Part shown: positions 35,301 to 50,300 of the stretch, one piece after another
How the letters are laid out: every line of letters begins with the position of its first letter
Position numbering within the stretch: the stretch's first letter is position 1
Origin: Nemertoderma westbladi
Taxonomy: Eukaryota > Animalia > Xenacoelomorpha
DNA length: 64,000 nt
NCBI GenBank assembly: GCA_032718475.1
Contig: JAUCBJ010000938.1
Coordinates: 1 to 64,000, forward strand
Direction: 5' to 3'
Notes under the pieces: generated by a model
What the model saw: only the letters and a program-made list of their open reading frames with translations
Told to the model about the DNA's origin: nothing
The model's database searches: none
Program-made: the position numbers and the translations under genes

Positions 35301-38300
35301 AGAGGTTCCTGGCCAATGTATCCTATAGAGACTAGCTGAGGGGTTCCTGGCCAATGTATCCTATAAAGACTAGCTGAGAGGTTCCTGGCCAATGGATCCT
35401 ATAAAGACTAGCTGAGAGGTTCCTGGCCAATGTATCCTATAAAGACTAGCTGAGAGGCTCCTGGCCAATGTATCCTATAAAGACTAGCTGAGGGTTTCCT
35501 GGCCAATGTATCCTATAGAGACTAGCTTAGAGGTTCCTGGCCAATGGATCCTATAAAGACTAGCTGAGAGGTTCCTGGCCAATGTATCCTATAAAGACTA
35601 GCTGAGAGGCTCCTGGCCAATGTATCCTATAGAGACTAGCTGAGGGGTTCCTGGCCAATGTATCCTATAGAGACTAGCTGAGAGGTTCCTGGCCAATGTA
35701 TCCTATAAAGACTAGCTGAGAGGTTCCTGGCCAATGGATCCTATAAAGACTAGCTGAGAGGTTCCTGGCCAATGTATCCTATAGAGACTAGCTGAGAGGT
35801 TCCTGGCCAATGTATCCTATAGAGACTAGCTGAGAGGTTCCTGGCCAATGTATCCTATAGAGACTAGCTGAGAAGTTCCTGGCCAATGTATCCTATAGAG
35901 ACTAGCTGAGAAGTTCCTGGCCAATGGATCCTTTAGAGACTAGCTGAGGGGTTCCTGGCCAATGTATCCTATAGAGACTAGCTGAGGGGTTCCTGGCCAA
36001 TGGATCCTATAGAGACTAGCTGAGGGGTTCCTGGCCAATGGATCCTATAGAGACTAGCTGAGGGGTTCCTGGCCAATGGATCCTATAGAGACTAGCTGAG
36101 AAGTTCCTGGCCAATGGATCCTTTAGAGACTAGCTGAGAGGTTCCTGGCCAATGGATCCTATAGAGACTAGCTGAGGGGTTCCTGGCCAATGGATCCTAT
36201 AGAGACTAGCTGAGGGGTTCCTGGCCAATGTATCCTATAGAGACTAGCTGAGAAGTTCCTGGCCAATGGATCCTTTAGAGACTAGCTGAGAGGTTCCTGG
36301 CCAATGGATCCTATAGAGACTAGCTGAGGGGTTCCTGGCCAATGGATCCTATAGAGACTAGCTGAGAAGTTCCTGGCCAATGGATCCTTTAGAGACTAGC
36401 TGAGAGGTTCCTGGCCAATGGATCCTATAGAGACTAGCTGAGGGGTTCCTGGCCAATGTATCCTATAAAGACTAGCTGAGAGGTTCCTGGCCAATGTATC
36501 CTATAGAGACTAGCTGAGAGGTTCCTGGCCAATGTATCCTATAGAGACTAGCTGAGAAGTTCCTGGCCAATGTATCCTATAGAGACTAGCTGAGAAGTTC
36601 CTGGCCAATGGATCCTATAGAGACTAGCTGAGGGGTTCCTGGCCAATGTATCCTATAGAGACTAGCTGAGAGGTTCCTGGCCAATGGATCCTATAAAGAC
36701 TAGCTTAGGGGTTCCTGGCCAATGGATCCTATAGAGACTAGCTGAGGGGTTCCTGGCCAATGTATCCTATAGAGACTAGCTGAGAGGTTCCTGGCCAATG
36801 TATCCTATAGAGACTAGCTGAGAAGTTCCTGGCCAATGTATCCTATAGAGACTAGCTGAGGGGTTCCTGGCCAATGTATCCTATAGAGACTAGCTGAGGG
36901 GTTCCTGGCCAATGTATCCTATAGAGACTAGATGAGGGGTTCCTGACCAATGTATCCTATAGAGACTAGCTGAGAAGTTCCTGGCCAATGGATCCTATAG
37001 AGACTAGCTGAGGGGTTCCTGGCCAATGTATCCTATAGAGACTAGCTGAGGGGTTCCTGGCCAATGTATCCTATAGAGACTAGCTGAGAGGTTCCTGGCC
37101 AATGTATCCTATAGAGACTAGCTGAGAAGTTCCTGGCCAATGTATCCTATAGAGACTAGCTGAGGGTTTCCTGGCCAATGTATCCTATAAAGACTAGCTG
37201 AGAGGTTCCTGGCCAATGTATCCTATAGAGACTAGCTGAGAGGTTCCTGGCCAATGTATCCTATAGAGACTAGCTGAGAAGTTCCTGGCCAATGGATCCT
37301 ATAGAGACTAGCTGAGGGGTTCCTGGCCAATGTATCCTATAGAGACTAGCTGAGAGGTTCCTGGCCAATGGATCCTATAAAGACTAGCTTAGGGGTTCCT
37401 GGTCAATGGATCCTATAGAGACTAGCTGAGGGGTTCCTGACCAATGTATCCTATAGAGACTAGCTGAGAAGTTCCTGGCCAATGGATCCTTTAGAGACTA
37501 GCTGAGAGGTTCCTGGCCAATGTATCCTATAGAGACTAGCTGAGAAGTTCCTGGCCAATGGATCCTTTAGAGACTAGCTGAGAGGTTCCTGGCCAATGTA
37601 TCCTATAGAGACTAGCTGAGAAATTCCTGGCCAATGGATCCTTTAGAGACTAGCTGAGAGGTTCCTGGCCAATGTATCCTATAGAGACTAGCTGAGAGGT
37701 TCCTGGCCAATGTATCCTATAGAGACTAGCTGAGAGGTTCCTGGCCAATGGATCCTATAAAGACTAGCTTAGGGGTTCCTGGTCAATGGATCCTATAGAG
37801 ACTAGCTGAGGGGTTCCTGACCAATGTATCCTATAGAGACTAGCTGAGAAGTTCCTGGCCAATGGATCCTTTAGAGACTAGCTGAGAGGTTCCTGGCCAA
37901 TGTATCCTATAGAGACTAGCTGAGAAGTTCCTGGCCAATGGATCCTTTAGAGACTAGCTGAGAGGTTCCTGGCCAATGTATCCTATAGAGACTAGCTGAG
38001 AAGTTCCTGGCCAATGGATCCTTTAGAGACTAGCTGAGAGGTTCCTGGCCAATGTATCCTATAGAGACTAGCTGAGAAGTTCCTGGCCAATGTATCCTAT
38101 AGAGACTAGCTGAGAGGTTCCTGGCCAATGTATCCTATAGAGACTAGCTGAGAAGTTCCTGGCCAATGTATCCTATAGAGACTAGCTGAGAAGTTCCTGG
38201 CCAATGGATCCTATAGAGACTAGCTGAGGGGTTCCTGGCCAATGTATCCTATAGAGACTAGCTGAGGGGTTCCTGGCCAATGTATCCTATAGAGACTAGC

Positions 38301-41300
38301 TGAGAGGTTCCTGGCCAATGTATCCTATAGAGACTAGCTGAGGGGTTCCTGGCCAATGTATCCTATAAAGACTAGCTGAGAGGTTCCTGGCCAATGTATC
38401 CTATAGAGACTAGCTGAGAGGTTCCTGGCCAATGTATCCTATAGAGACTAGCTGAGAAGTTCCTGGCCAATGGATCCTATAGAGACTAGCTGAGGGTTTC
38501 CTGGCCAATGTATCCTATAGAGACTAGCTGAGAGGTTCCTGGCCAATGGATCCTATAAAGACTAGCTTAGGGGTTCCTGGTCAATGGATCCTATAGAGAC
38601 TAGCTGAGAGGTTCCTGGCCAATGTATCCTATAGAGACTAGCTGAGAAGTTCCTGGCCAATGGATCCTATAGAGACTAGCTGAGGGTTTCCTGGCCAATG
38701 TATCCTATAGAGACTAGCTGAGGGGTTCCTGGCCAATGTATCCTATAGAGACTAGCTGAGAGGTTCCTGGCCAATGGATCCTATAAAGACTAGCTTAGGG
38801 GTTCCTGGTCAATGGATCCTATAGAGACTAGCTGAGGGGTTCCTGACCAATGTATCCTATAGAGACTAGCTGAGAAGTTCCTGGCCAATGGATCCTTTAG
38901 AGACTAGCTGAGAGGTTCCTGGCCAATGTATCCTATAGAGACTAGCTGAGAAGTTCCTGGCCAATGGATCCTTTAGAGACTAGCTGAGAGGTTCCTGGCC
39001 AATGTATCCTATAGAGACTAGCTGAGAAGTTCCTGGCCAATGGATCCTTTAGAGACTAGCTGAGAGGTTCCTGGCCAATGTATCCTATAGAGACTAGCTG
39101 AGAGGTTCCTGGCCAATGTATCCTATAGAGACTAGCTGAGAAGTTCCTGGCCAATGTATCCTATAGAGACTAGCTGAGAGGTTCCTGGCCAATGGATCCT
39201 TTAGAGACTAGCTGAGAGGTTCCTGGCCAATGGATCCTATAGAGACTAGCTGAGGGGTTCCTGACCAATTGATTTTATAGATACTAGCTTAGAGGTTCCT
39301 GGCCAATGTATCCTATAGAGACTAGCTGAGAGGTTCCTGGCCAATGTATCCTATAGAGACTAGCTGAGAGGTTCCTGGCCAGAGTATCCTATAGAGACTA
39401 GCTGAGGGGTTCCTGGCCAATGGATCCTATAAAGACTAGCTTAGGGGTTCCTGGCCAATGGATCCTATAGAGACTAGCTGAGGGGTTCCTGGCCAATGTA
39501 TCCTATAGAGACTAGCTGAGAGGTTCCTGACCAATTGATTTTATAGATACTAGCTTAGAGGTTCCTGGCCAATGTATCCTATAGAGACTAGCTGAGGGTT
39601 TCCTGGCCAATGTATCCTATAAAGACTAGCTGAGAGGTTCCTGGCCAATGGATCCTATAAAGACTAGCTGAGAGGTTCCTGGCCAATGGATCCTATAGAG
39701 ACTAGCTGAGGGGTTCCTGGCCAATGTATCCTATAGAGACTAGCTGAGGGGTTCCTGGCCAATGTATCCTATAGAGACTAGCTGAGGGTTTCCTGGCCAA
39801 TGTATCCTATAGAGACTAGCTGAGGGGTTCCTGGCCAATGTATCCTATAAAGACTAGCTGAGAGGTTCCTGGCCAATGTATCCTATAGAGACTAGCTGAG
39901 GGGTTCCTGGCCAATGGATCCTATAGAGACTAGCTGAGAGGTTCCTGGCCAATGTATCCTATAGAGACTAGCTGAGGGGTTCCTGGCCAATGGATCCTAT
40001 AGAGACTAGCTGAGAGGTTCCTGGCCAATGTATCCTATAGAGACTAGCTGAGGGGTTCCTGGCCAATGTATCCTATAGAGACTAGCTGAGGGGTTCCTGG
40101 CCAATGTATCCTATAGAGACTAGCTGAGGGGTTCCTGGCCAATGTATCCTATAGAGACTAGCTGAGGGGTTCCTGGCCAATGTATCCTATAGAGACTAGC
40201 TGAGGGGTTCCTGGCCAATGTATCCTATAAAGACTAGCTGAGAGGTTCCTGGCCAATGTATCCTATAGAGACTAGCTGAGGGGTTCCTGGCCAATGGATC
40301 CTATAGAGACTAGCTGAGAGGTTCCTGGCCAATGTATCCTATAGAGACTAGCTGAGGGGTTCCTGGCCAATGGATCCTATAGAGACTAGCTGAGGGGTTC
40401 CTGGCCAATGGATCCAATAGAGAGAGTAGTTGAGGGGTTCCTGAACAATGGATCCTATAGAGACTAGCTGAGGGGTTCCTGTCCAATGGATCCTATAGAG
40501 ACTAGCTGAGGGGTTTCTGGCCAATGGATCCTATAGAGACTAGCTGAGAGGTTCCTGGCCAATGGATCCTATAAAGACTAGCTGAGGGGTTCCTGGCCAA
40601 TGGATCCTATAGAGACTAGCTGAGAGGTTCCTGGCCAATGTATCCTATAGAGACTAGCTGATGGGTTCCTGGCCAATGGATCCTATAGAGACTAGCTGAG
40701 AGGTTCCTGGCCAGAGTATCCTATAGAGACTAGCTGATGGTTTCCTGGCCAATGTATCCTATAGAGACTAGCTGAGGGGTTCCTGGCCAATGGATCCTAT
40801 AGAGACTAGCTGAGGGGTTCCTGGCCAATGTATCCTATAGAGACTAGCTGAGAGGTTCCTGGCCAATGGATCCTATAAAGACTAGCTGAGAGGTTCCTGG
40901 CCAGAGTATCCTATAGAGACTAGCTGATGGTTTCCTGGCCAATGTATCCTATAGAGACTAGCTGAGGGTTTCCTGGCCAATGTATCCTATAGAGACTAGC
41001 TGAGAGGTTCCTGGCCAATGGATCCTATAGAGACTAGCTGAGGGTTTCCTGGCCAATGTATCCTATAGAGACTAGCTGAGGGGTTCCTGACCAATGTATC
41101 CTATAGAGACTAGCTGAGAGGTTCCTGGCCAATGTATCCTATAGAGACTAGCTGAGAGGTTCCTGGCCAGAGTATCCTATAGAGACTAGCTGAGGGGTTC
41201 CTGACCAATGTATCCTATAGAGACTAGCTGAGAGGTTCCTGGCCAATGTATCCTATAGAGACTAGCTGAGAGGTTCCTGGCCAGAGTATCCTATAGAGAC

Positions 41301-44300
41301 TAGCTGATGGTTTCCTGGCCAATGTATCCTATAGAGACTAGCTGAGGGTTTCCTGGCCAATGTATCCTATAGAGACTAGCTGAGAGGTTCCTGGCCAGAG
41401 TATCCTATAGAGACTAGCTGAGGGGTTCCTGACCAATGTATCCTATAGAGACTAGCTGAGAGGTTCCTGGCCAATGTATCCTATAGAGACTAGCTGATGG
41501 TTTCCTGGCCAATGTATCCTATAGAGACTAGCTGAGGGGTTCCTGGCCAATGTATCCTATAGAGACTAGCTGATGGGTTCCTGGCCAATGGATCCTATAG
41601 AGACTAGCTGAGGGTTTCCTGGCCAATGTATCCTATAGAGACTAGCTGAGAGGTTCCTGGCCAATGGATCCTATAAAGACTAGCTGAGGGTTTCCTGGCC
41701 AATGTATCCTATAGAGACTAGCTGAGGGGTTCCTGGCCAATGTATCCTATAAAGACTAGCTGAGGGGTTCCTGGCCAATGGATCCTATAGAGACTAGCTG
41801 AGGGGTTCCTGGCCAATGTATCCTATAGAGACTAGCTGAGGGGTTCCTGACCAATTGATTTTATAGATACTAGCTTAGAGGTTCCTGGCCAATGTATCCT
41901 ATAGAGACTAGCTGAGAGGTTCCTGGCCAATGTATCCTATAGAGACTAGCTGAGGGGTTCCTGGCCAATGTATCCTATAAAGACTAGCTGAGGGGTTCCT
42001 GGCCAATGGATCCTATAGAGACTAGCTGAGGGGTTCCTGACCAATTGATTTTATAGATACTAGCTTAGAGGTTCCTGGCCAATGTATCCTATAGAGACTA
42101 GCTGAGGGGTTCCTGGCCAATGGATCCAATAGAGACTAGCTGAGAGGTTCCTGGCCAATGGATCCTATAGAGACTAGCTGAGGGGTTCCTGACCAATTGA
42201 TTTTATAGATACTAGCTTAGAGGTTCCTGGCCAATGTATCCTATAGAGACTAGCTGAGGGGTTCCTGGCCAATGGATCCAATAGAGACTAGCTGAGGGGT
42301 TCCTGGCCAATGTATCCTATAGAGACTAGCTGAGGGGTTCCTGGCCAATGGATCCTTTAGAGACTAGCTGAGGGTTTCCTGGCCAATGTATCCTATAGAG
42401 ACTAGCTGAGGGTTTCCTGGCCAATGTATCCTATAGAGACTAGCTGAGGGGTTCCTGGCCAATGTATCCTATAGATACTAGCTTAGAGGTTCCTGGCCAA
42501 TGTATCCTATAGAGACTAGCTGAGGGGTTCCTGGCCAATGGATCCTTTAGAGACTAGCTGAGGGTTTCCTGGCCAATGTATCCTATAGAGACTAGCTGAG
42601 GGGTTCCTGGCCAATGTATCCTATAGAGACTAGCTGAGGGTTTCCTGGCCAATGTATCCTATAGATACTAGCTTAGAGGTTCCTGGCCAATGTATCCTAT
42701 AGAGACTAGCTGAGGGGTTCCTGGCCAATGGATCCTTTAGAGACTAGCTGAGGGTTTCCTGGCCAATGTATCCTATAAAGACTAGCTGAGGGTTTCCTGG
42801 CCAATGTATCCTATAGAGACTAGCTGAGAGGTTCCTGGCCAATGGATCCTATAGAGACTAGCTGAGGGGTTCCTGGCCAATGTATCCTATAGAGACTAGC
42901 TGAGGGGTTCCTGGCCAATGTATCCTATAGAGACTAGCTGAGGGGTTCCTGGCCAATGGATCCTTTAGAGACTAGCTGAGGGTTTCCTGGCCAATGTATC
43001 CTATAAAGACTAGCTGAGGGGTTCCTGGCCAATGTATCCTATAGAGACTAGCTGAGAGGTTCCTGGCCAATGGATCCTATAAAGACTAGCTGAGGGGTTC
43101 CTGGCCAATGTATCCTATAGAGACTAGCTGAGAGGTTCCTGGCCAATGGATCCTATAAAGACTAGCTGAGGGGTTCCTGGCCAATGGATCCTATAGAGAC
43201 TAGCTGAGGGGTTCCTGGCCAATGGATCCTATAGAGACTAGCTGAGGGTTCCTGGCCAATGTATCCTATAGAGACTAGCTGAGAGGTTCCTGGCCAATGG
43301 ATCCTATAAAGACTAGCTGAGGGTTTCCTGGCCAATGTATCCTATAGAGACTAGCTGAGAGGTTCCTGGCCAATGGATCCTATAGAGACTAGCTGAGGGG
43401 TTCCTGGCCAATGTATCCTATAGAGACTAGCTGAGGGGTTCCTGGCCAATGTATCCTATAGAGACTAGCTGAGGGGTTCCTGGCCAATGTATCCTATAGA
43501 GACTAGCTGAGGGGTTCCTGACCAATTGATTTTATAGATACTAGCTTAGAGGTTCCTGGCCAATGTATCCTATAGAGACTAGCTGAGAGGTTCCTGGCCA
43601 ATGGATCCTATAGAGACTAGCTGAGGGGTTCCTGGCCAATGTATCCTATAGAGACTAGCTGAGAGGTTCCTGGCCAATGGATCCTATAAAGACTAGCTGA
43701 GGGGTTCCTGGCCAATGGATCCTATAGAGACTAGCTGAGGGTTTCCTGGCCAATGTATCCTATAGAGACTAGCTGAGAGGTTCCTGGCCAATGGATCCTA
43801 TAAAGACTAGCTGAGGGGTTCCTGGCCAATGGATCCTATAGAGACTAGCTGAGAGGTTCCTGGCCAATGTATCCTATAGAGACTAGCTGAGGGGTTCCTG
43901 GCCAATGTATCCTATAGAGACTAGCTGAGAGGTTCCTGGCCAATGGATCCTATAAAGACTAGCTGAGGGGTTCCTGGCCAATGGATCCTATAGAGACTAG
44001 CTGAGGGTTTCCTGGCCAATGTATCCTATAGAGACTAGCTGAGGGGTTCCTGGCCAATGGATCCTATAGAGACTAGCTGAGGGTTTCCTGGCCAATGTAT
44101 CCTATAGAGACTAGCTGAGGGGTTCCTGGCCAATGGATCCTATAAAGACTAGCTGAGGGTTTCCTGGCCAATGTATCCTATAGAGACTAGCTGAGGGGTT
44201 CCTGGCCAATGGATCCTATAAAGACTAGCTGAGGGGTTCCTGGCCAATGGATCCTATAAAGACTAGCTGAGAGGTTCCTGGCCAATGGATCCTATAAAGA

Positions 44301-47300
44301 CTAGCTGAGGGTTTCCTGGCCAATGTATCCTATAGAGACTAGCTGAGGGGTTCCTGGCCAATGGATCCTATAAAGACTAGCTGAGGGTTTCCTGGCCAAT
44401 GTATCCTATAGAGACTAGCTGAGGGGTTCCTGGCCAATGTATCCTATAGAGACTAGCTGAGAGGTTCCTGGCCAATGGATCCTATAAAGACTAGCTGAGG
44501 GTTTCCTGGCCAATGTATCCTATAGAGACTAGCTGAGGGGTTCCTGGCCAATGGATCCTATAAAGACTAGCTGAGGGTTTCCTGGCCAATGTATCCTATA
44601 GAGACTAGCTGAGGGGTTCCTGGCCAATGGATCCTATAAAGACTAGCTGAGGGTTTCCTGGCCAATGTATCCTATAGAGACTAGCTGAGGGGTTCCTGGC
44701 CAATGTATCCTATAGAGACTAGCTGAGGGTTTCCTGGCCAATGTATCCTATAGAGACTAGCTGAGAGGTTCCTGGCCAATGTATCCTATAGAGACTAGCT
44801 GAGGGTTTCCTGGCCAATGTATCCTATAGAGACTAGCTGAGGGGTTCCTGGCCAATGGATCCTATAAAGACTAGCTGAGGGGTTCCTGGCCAATGTATCC
44901 TATAGAGACTAGCTGAGAGGTTCCTGGCCAATGGATCCTATAGAGACTAGCTGAGGGGTTCCTGGCCAATGTATCCTATAGAGACTAGCTGAGAGGTTCC
45001 TGGCCAATGGATCCTATAAAGACTAGCTCAGGGTTTCCTGGCCAATGTATCCTATAGAGACTAGCTGAGGGGTTCCTGGCCAATGGATCCTATAAAGACT
45101 AGCTGAGGGTTTCCTGGCCAATGTATCCTATAGAGACTAGCTGAGGGGTTCCTGGCCAATGGATCCTATAAAGACTAGCTGAGGGTTTCCTGGCCAATGT
45201 ATCCTATAGAGACTAGCTGAGGGGTTCCTGGCCAATGTATCCTATAGAGACTAGCTGAGGGGTTCCTGGCCAATGGATCCTATAGAGACTAGCTGAGGGG
45301 TTCCTGGCCAATGTATCCTATAGAGACTAGCTGAGAGGTTCCTGGCCAATGGATCCTATAGAGACTAGCTTAGAGGTTCCTGGCCAATGTATCCTATAGA
45401 GACTAGCTGAGAGGTTCCTGGCCAATGGATCCTATAAAGACTAGCTGAGGGTTTCCTGGCCAATGTATCCTATAAAGACTAGCTGAGGGTTTCCTGGCCA
45501 ATGTATCCTATAGAGACTAGCTGAGGGGTTCCTGACCAATGTATCCTATAGAGACTAGCTGAGAGGTTCCTGGCCAATGGATCCTATAAAGACTAGCTGA
45601 GGGTTTCCTGGCCAATGTATCCTATAGAGACTAGCTGAGGGGTTCCTGACCAATGTATCCTATAGAGACTAGCTGAGAGGTTCCTGACCAATTGATTTTA
45701 TAGATACTAGCTTAGAGGTTCCTGGCCAATGTATCCTATAGAGACTAGCTGAGGGGTTCCTGGCCAATGGATCCTATAGAGACTAGCTGAGGGGTTCCTG
45801 GCCAATGTATCCTATAGAGACTAGCTGAGGGTTTCCTGGCCAATGTATCCTATAGAGACTAGCTGAGGGTTTCCTGGCCAATGTATCCTATAGAGACTAG
45901 CTGATGGTTTCCTGGCCAATGGATCCTATAGAGACTAGCTGAGAGGTTCCTGGCCAATGGATCCTATAAAGACTAGCTGAGGGTTTCCTGGCCAATGTAT
46001 CCTATAGAGACTAGCTGAGGGGTTCCTGACCAATTGATTTTATAGATACTAGCTTAGAGGTTCCTGGCCAATGGATCCTATAAAGACTAGCTTAGGGGTT
46101 CGTGGCCAATGTATCCTATAGAGACTAGCTGAGGGGTTCCTGGCCAATGTATCCTATAGAGACTAGCTGAGAGGTTCCTGGCCAATGGATCCTATAAAGA
46201 CTAGCTGAGGGGTTCCTGGCCAATGTATCCTATAGAGACTAGTTGAGAGGTTCCTGGCCAATGTATCCTATAGAGACTAGCTGAGGGGTTCCTGACCAAT
46301 TGATTTTATAGATACTAGCTTAGAGGTTCCTGGCCAATGTATCCTATAGAGACTAGCTGAGGGGTTCCTGGCCAATGTATCCTATAGAGACTAGCTGAGG
46401 GGTTCCTGGCCAATGTATCCTATAGAGACTAGCTGAGGGTTTCCTGGCCAATGTATCCTATAGAGACTAGCTGAGGGTTTCCTGGCCAATGTATCCTATA
46501 GAGACTAGCTGATGGTTTCCTGGCCAATGGATCCTATAGAGACTAGCTGAGAGGTTCCTGGCCAATGGATCCTATAAAGACTAGCTGAGGGTTTCCTGGC
46601 CAATGTATCCTATAGAGACTAGCTGAGGGGTTCCTGACCAATTGATTTTATAGATACTAGCTTAGAGGTTCCTGGCCAATGGATCCTATAAAGACTAGCT
46701 TAGGGGTTCGTGGCCAATGTATCCTATAGAGACTAGCTGAGGGGTTCCTGGCCAATGTATCCTATAGAGACTAGCTGAGAGGTTCCTGGCCAATGGATCC
46801 TATAAAGACTAGCTGAGGGGTTCCTGGCCAATGTATCCTATAGAGACTAGCTGAGGGGTTCCTGGCCAATGTATCCTATAGAGACTAGCTGAGGGGTTCC
46901 TGGCCAATGTATCCTATAGAGACTAGCTGAGGGGTTCCTGGCCAATGTATCCTATAGTGACTAGCTGAGAGGTTCCTGACCAATTGATTTTATAGATACT
47001 AGCTTAGAGGTTCCTGGCCAATGGATCCTATAAAGACTAGCTGAGGGGTTCCTGGCCAATGTATCCTATAAAGACTAGCTTAGGGGTTCGTGGCCAATGT
47101 ATCCTATAGAGACTAGCTGAGGGGTTCCTGGCCAATGTATCCTATAGAGACTAGCTGAGAGGTTCCTGGCCAATGGATCCTATAAAGACTAGCTGAGGGG
47201 TTCCTGGCCAATGTATCCTATAGAGACTAGCTGAGGGGTTCCTGGCCAATGTATCCTATAGAGACTAGCTGAGGGGTTCCTGGCCAATGTATCCTATAGA

Positions 47301-50300
47301 GACTAGCTGAGGGGTTCCTGGCCAATGTATCCTATAGAGACTAGCTGAGGGGTTCCTGACCAATTGATTTTATAGATACTAGCTTAGAGGTTCCTGGCCA
47401 ATGGATCCTATAAAGACTAGCTGAGGGTTTCCTGGCCAATGTATCCTATAGAGACTAGCTGAGGGGTTCCTGGCCAATGTATCCTATAGAGACTAGCTGA
47501 GGGGTTCCTGACCAATTGATTTTATAGATACTAGCTTAGAGGTTCCTGGCCAATGTATCCTATAGAGACTAGCTGAGGGGTTCCTGGCCAATGTATCCTA
47601 TAGAGACTAGCTGAGAGGTTCCTGGTCAATGGATCCTATAGAGACTAGCTGAGGGTTTCCTGGCCAATGTATCCTATAGAGACTAGCTGAGGGGTTCCTG
47701 GCCAATGTATCCTATAGAGACTAGCTGAGGGGTTCCTGACCAATTGATTTTATAGATACTAGCTTAGAGGTTCCTGGCCAATGGATCCTATAGAGACTAG
47801 CTGAGGGGTTCCTGGCCAATGTATCCTATAGAGACTAGCTGAGGGTTTCCTGGCCAATGTATCCTATAGAGACTAGCTGAGGGGTTCCTGGCCAATGTAT
47901 CCTATAGAGACTAGCTGAGGGGTTCCTGACCAATTGATTTTATAGATACTAGCTTAGAGGTTCCTGGCCAATGGATCCTATAAAGACTAGCTGAGGGTTT
48001 CCTGGCCAATTTATCCTATAGAGACTAGCTGAGGGGTTCCTGGCCAATGTATCCTATAGAGACTAGCTGAGGGGTTCCTGGCCAATGTATCCTATAGAGA
48101 CTAGCTGAGGGGTTCCTGGCCAATGTATCCTATAGAGACTAGCTGAGGGTTTCCTGGCCAATGTATCCTATAGAGACTAGCTGAGGGTTTCCTGGCCAAT
48201 GTATCCTATAGAGACTAGCTGAGGGGTTCCTGGCCAATGTATCCTATAGAGACTAGCTGAGGGGTTCCTGGCCAATGTATCCTATAGAGACTAGCTGAGG
48301 GTTTCCTGGCCAATGTATCCTATAGAGACTAGCTGAGGGGTTCCTGGCCAATGTATCCTATAGAGACTAGCTGAGGGGTTCCTGACCAATTAATTTTATA
48401 GATACTAGCTTAGAGGTTCCTGGCCAATGGATCCTATAAAGACTAGCTGAGGGTTTCCTGGCCAATTTATCCTATAGAGACTAGCTGAGGGGTTCCTGGC
48501 CAATGTATCCTATAGAGACTAGCTGAGGGGTTCCTGGCCAATGTATCCTATAGAGACTAGCTGAGGGGTTCCTGACCAATTGATTTTATAGATACTAGCT
48601 TAGAGGTTCCTGGCCAATGTATCCTATAGAGACTAGCTTAGAGGTTCCTGGCCAATGGATCCTATAGAGACTAGTTGAGGGGTTCCTGGCCAATGTATCC
48701 TATAGAGACTAGCTGAGGGGTTCCTGACCAATTGATTTTATAGATACTAGCTTAGAGGTTCCTGGCCAATGTATCCTATAGAGACTAGCTGAGGGGTTCC
48801 TGACCAATTGATTTTATAGATACTAGCTTAGAGGTTCATGGCCAATGTATCCTATAGAGACTAGCTGAGGGGTTCCTGGCCAATGTATCCTATAGAGACT
48901 AGCTGAGGGGTTCCTGGCCAATGTATCCTATAGAGACTAGCTTAGGGGTTCCTGACCAATTGATTTTATAGATACTAGCTTAGAGGTTCCTGGCCAATGG
49001 ATCCTATAAAGACTAGCTGAGGGTTTCCTGGCCAATGTATCCTATAGAGACTAGCTGAGGGGTTCCTGGCCAATGTATCCTATAGAGACTAGCTGAGGGG
49101 TTCCTGACCAATTGATTTTATAGATACTAGCTTAGAGGTTCCTGGCCAATGTATCCTATAGAGACTAGCTGAGGGGTTCCTGGCCAATGGATCCTTTAGA
49201 GACTAGCTGATGGTTTCCTGACCAATGTATCCTATAGAGACTAGATGATGGTTTCCTGACCAATGTATCCTATAGAGACTAGCTGAGGGGTTCCTGGCCA
49301 ATGGATCCTATAAAGACTAGCTGAGGGTTTCCTGGCCAATGTATCCTATAGAGACTAGCTGAGGGGTTCCTGGCCAATGGATCCTATAAAGACTAGCTGA
49401 GGGTTTCCTGGCCAATGTATCCTATAGAGACTAGCTGAGGGGTTCCTGGCCAATGGATCCTATAAAGACTAGCTGAGGGTTTCCTGGCCAATGTATCCTA
49501 TAGAGACTAGCTGAGGGGTTCCTGGCCAATGTATCCTATAGAGACTAGCTGAGAGGTTCCTGGCCAATGGATCCTATAAAGACTAGCTGAGGGTTTCCTG
49601 GCCAATGTATCCTATAGAGACTAGCTGAGGGGTTCCTGGCCAATGGATCCTATAAAGACTAGCTGAGGGTTTCCTGGCCAATGTATCCTATAGAGAGTAG
49701 CTTAGAGGTTCCTGGCCAATGTATCCTATAGAGACTAGCTGAGAGGTTCCTGGCCAATGGATCCTATAAAGACTAGCTGAGGGTTTCCTGGCCAATGTAT
49801 CCTATAGAGAGTAGCTTAGAGGTTCCTGGCCAATGTATCCTATAGAGACTAGCTGAGGGTTTCCTGGCCAATGTATCCTATAGAGACTAGCTGAGGGTTT
49901 CCTGGCCAATGTATCCTATAGAGACTAGCTGATGGTTTCCTGGCCAATGGATCCTATAGAGACTAGCTGAGAGGTTCCTGGCCAATGGATCCTATAAAGA
50001 CTAGCTGAGGGTTTCCTGGCCAATGTATCCTATAGAGACTAGCTGAGGGGTTCCTGACCAATTGATTTTATAGATACTAGCTTAGAGGTTCCTGGCCAAT
50101 GGATCCTATAAAGACTAGCTTAGGGGTTCGTGGCCAATGTATCCTATAGAGACTAGCTGAGGGGTTCCTGGCCAATGTATCCTATAGAGACTAGCTGAGA
50201 GGTTCCTGGCCAATGGATCCTATAAAGACTAGCTGAGGGGTTCCTGGCCAATGTATCCTATAGAGACTAGCTGAGGGGTTCCTGGCCAATGTATCCTATA

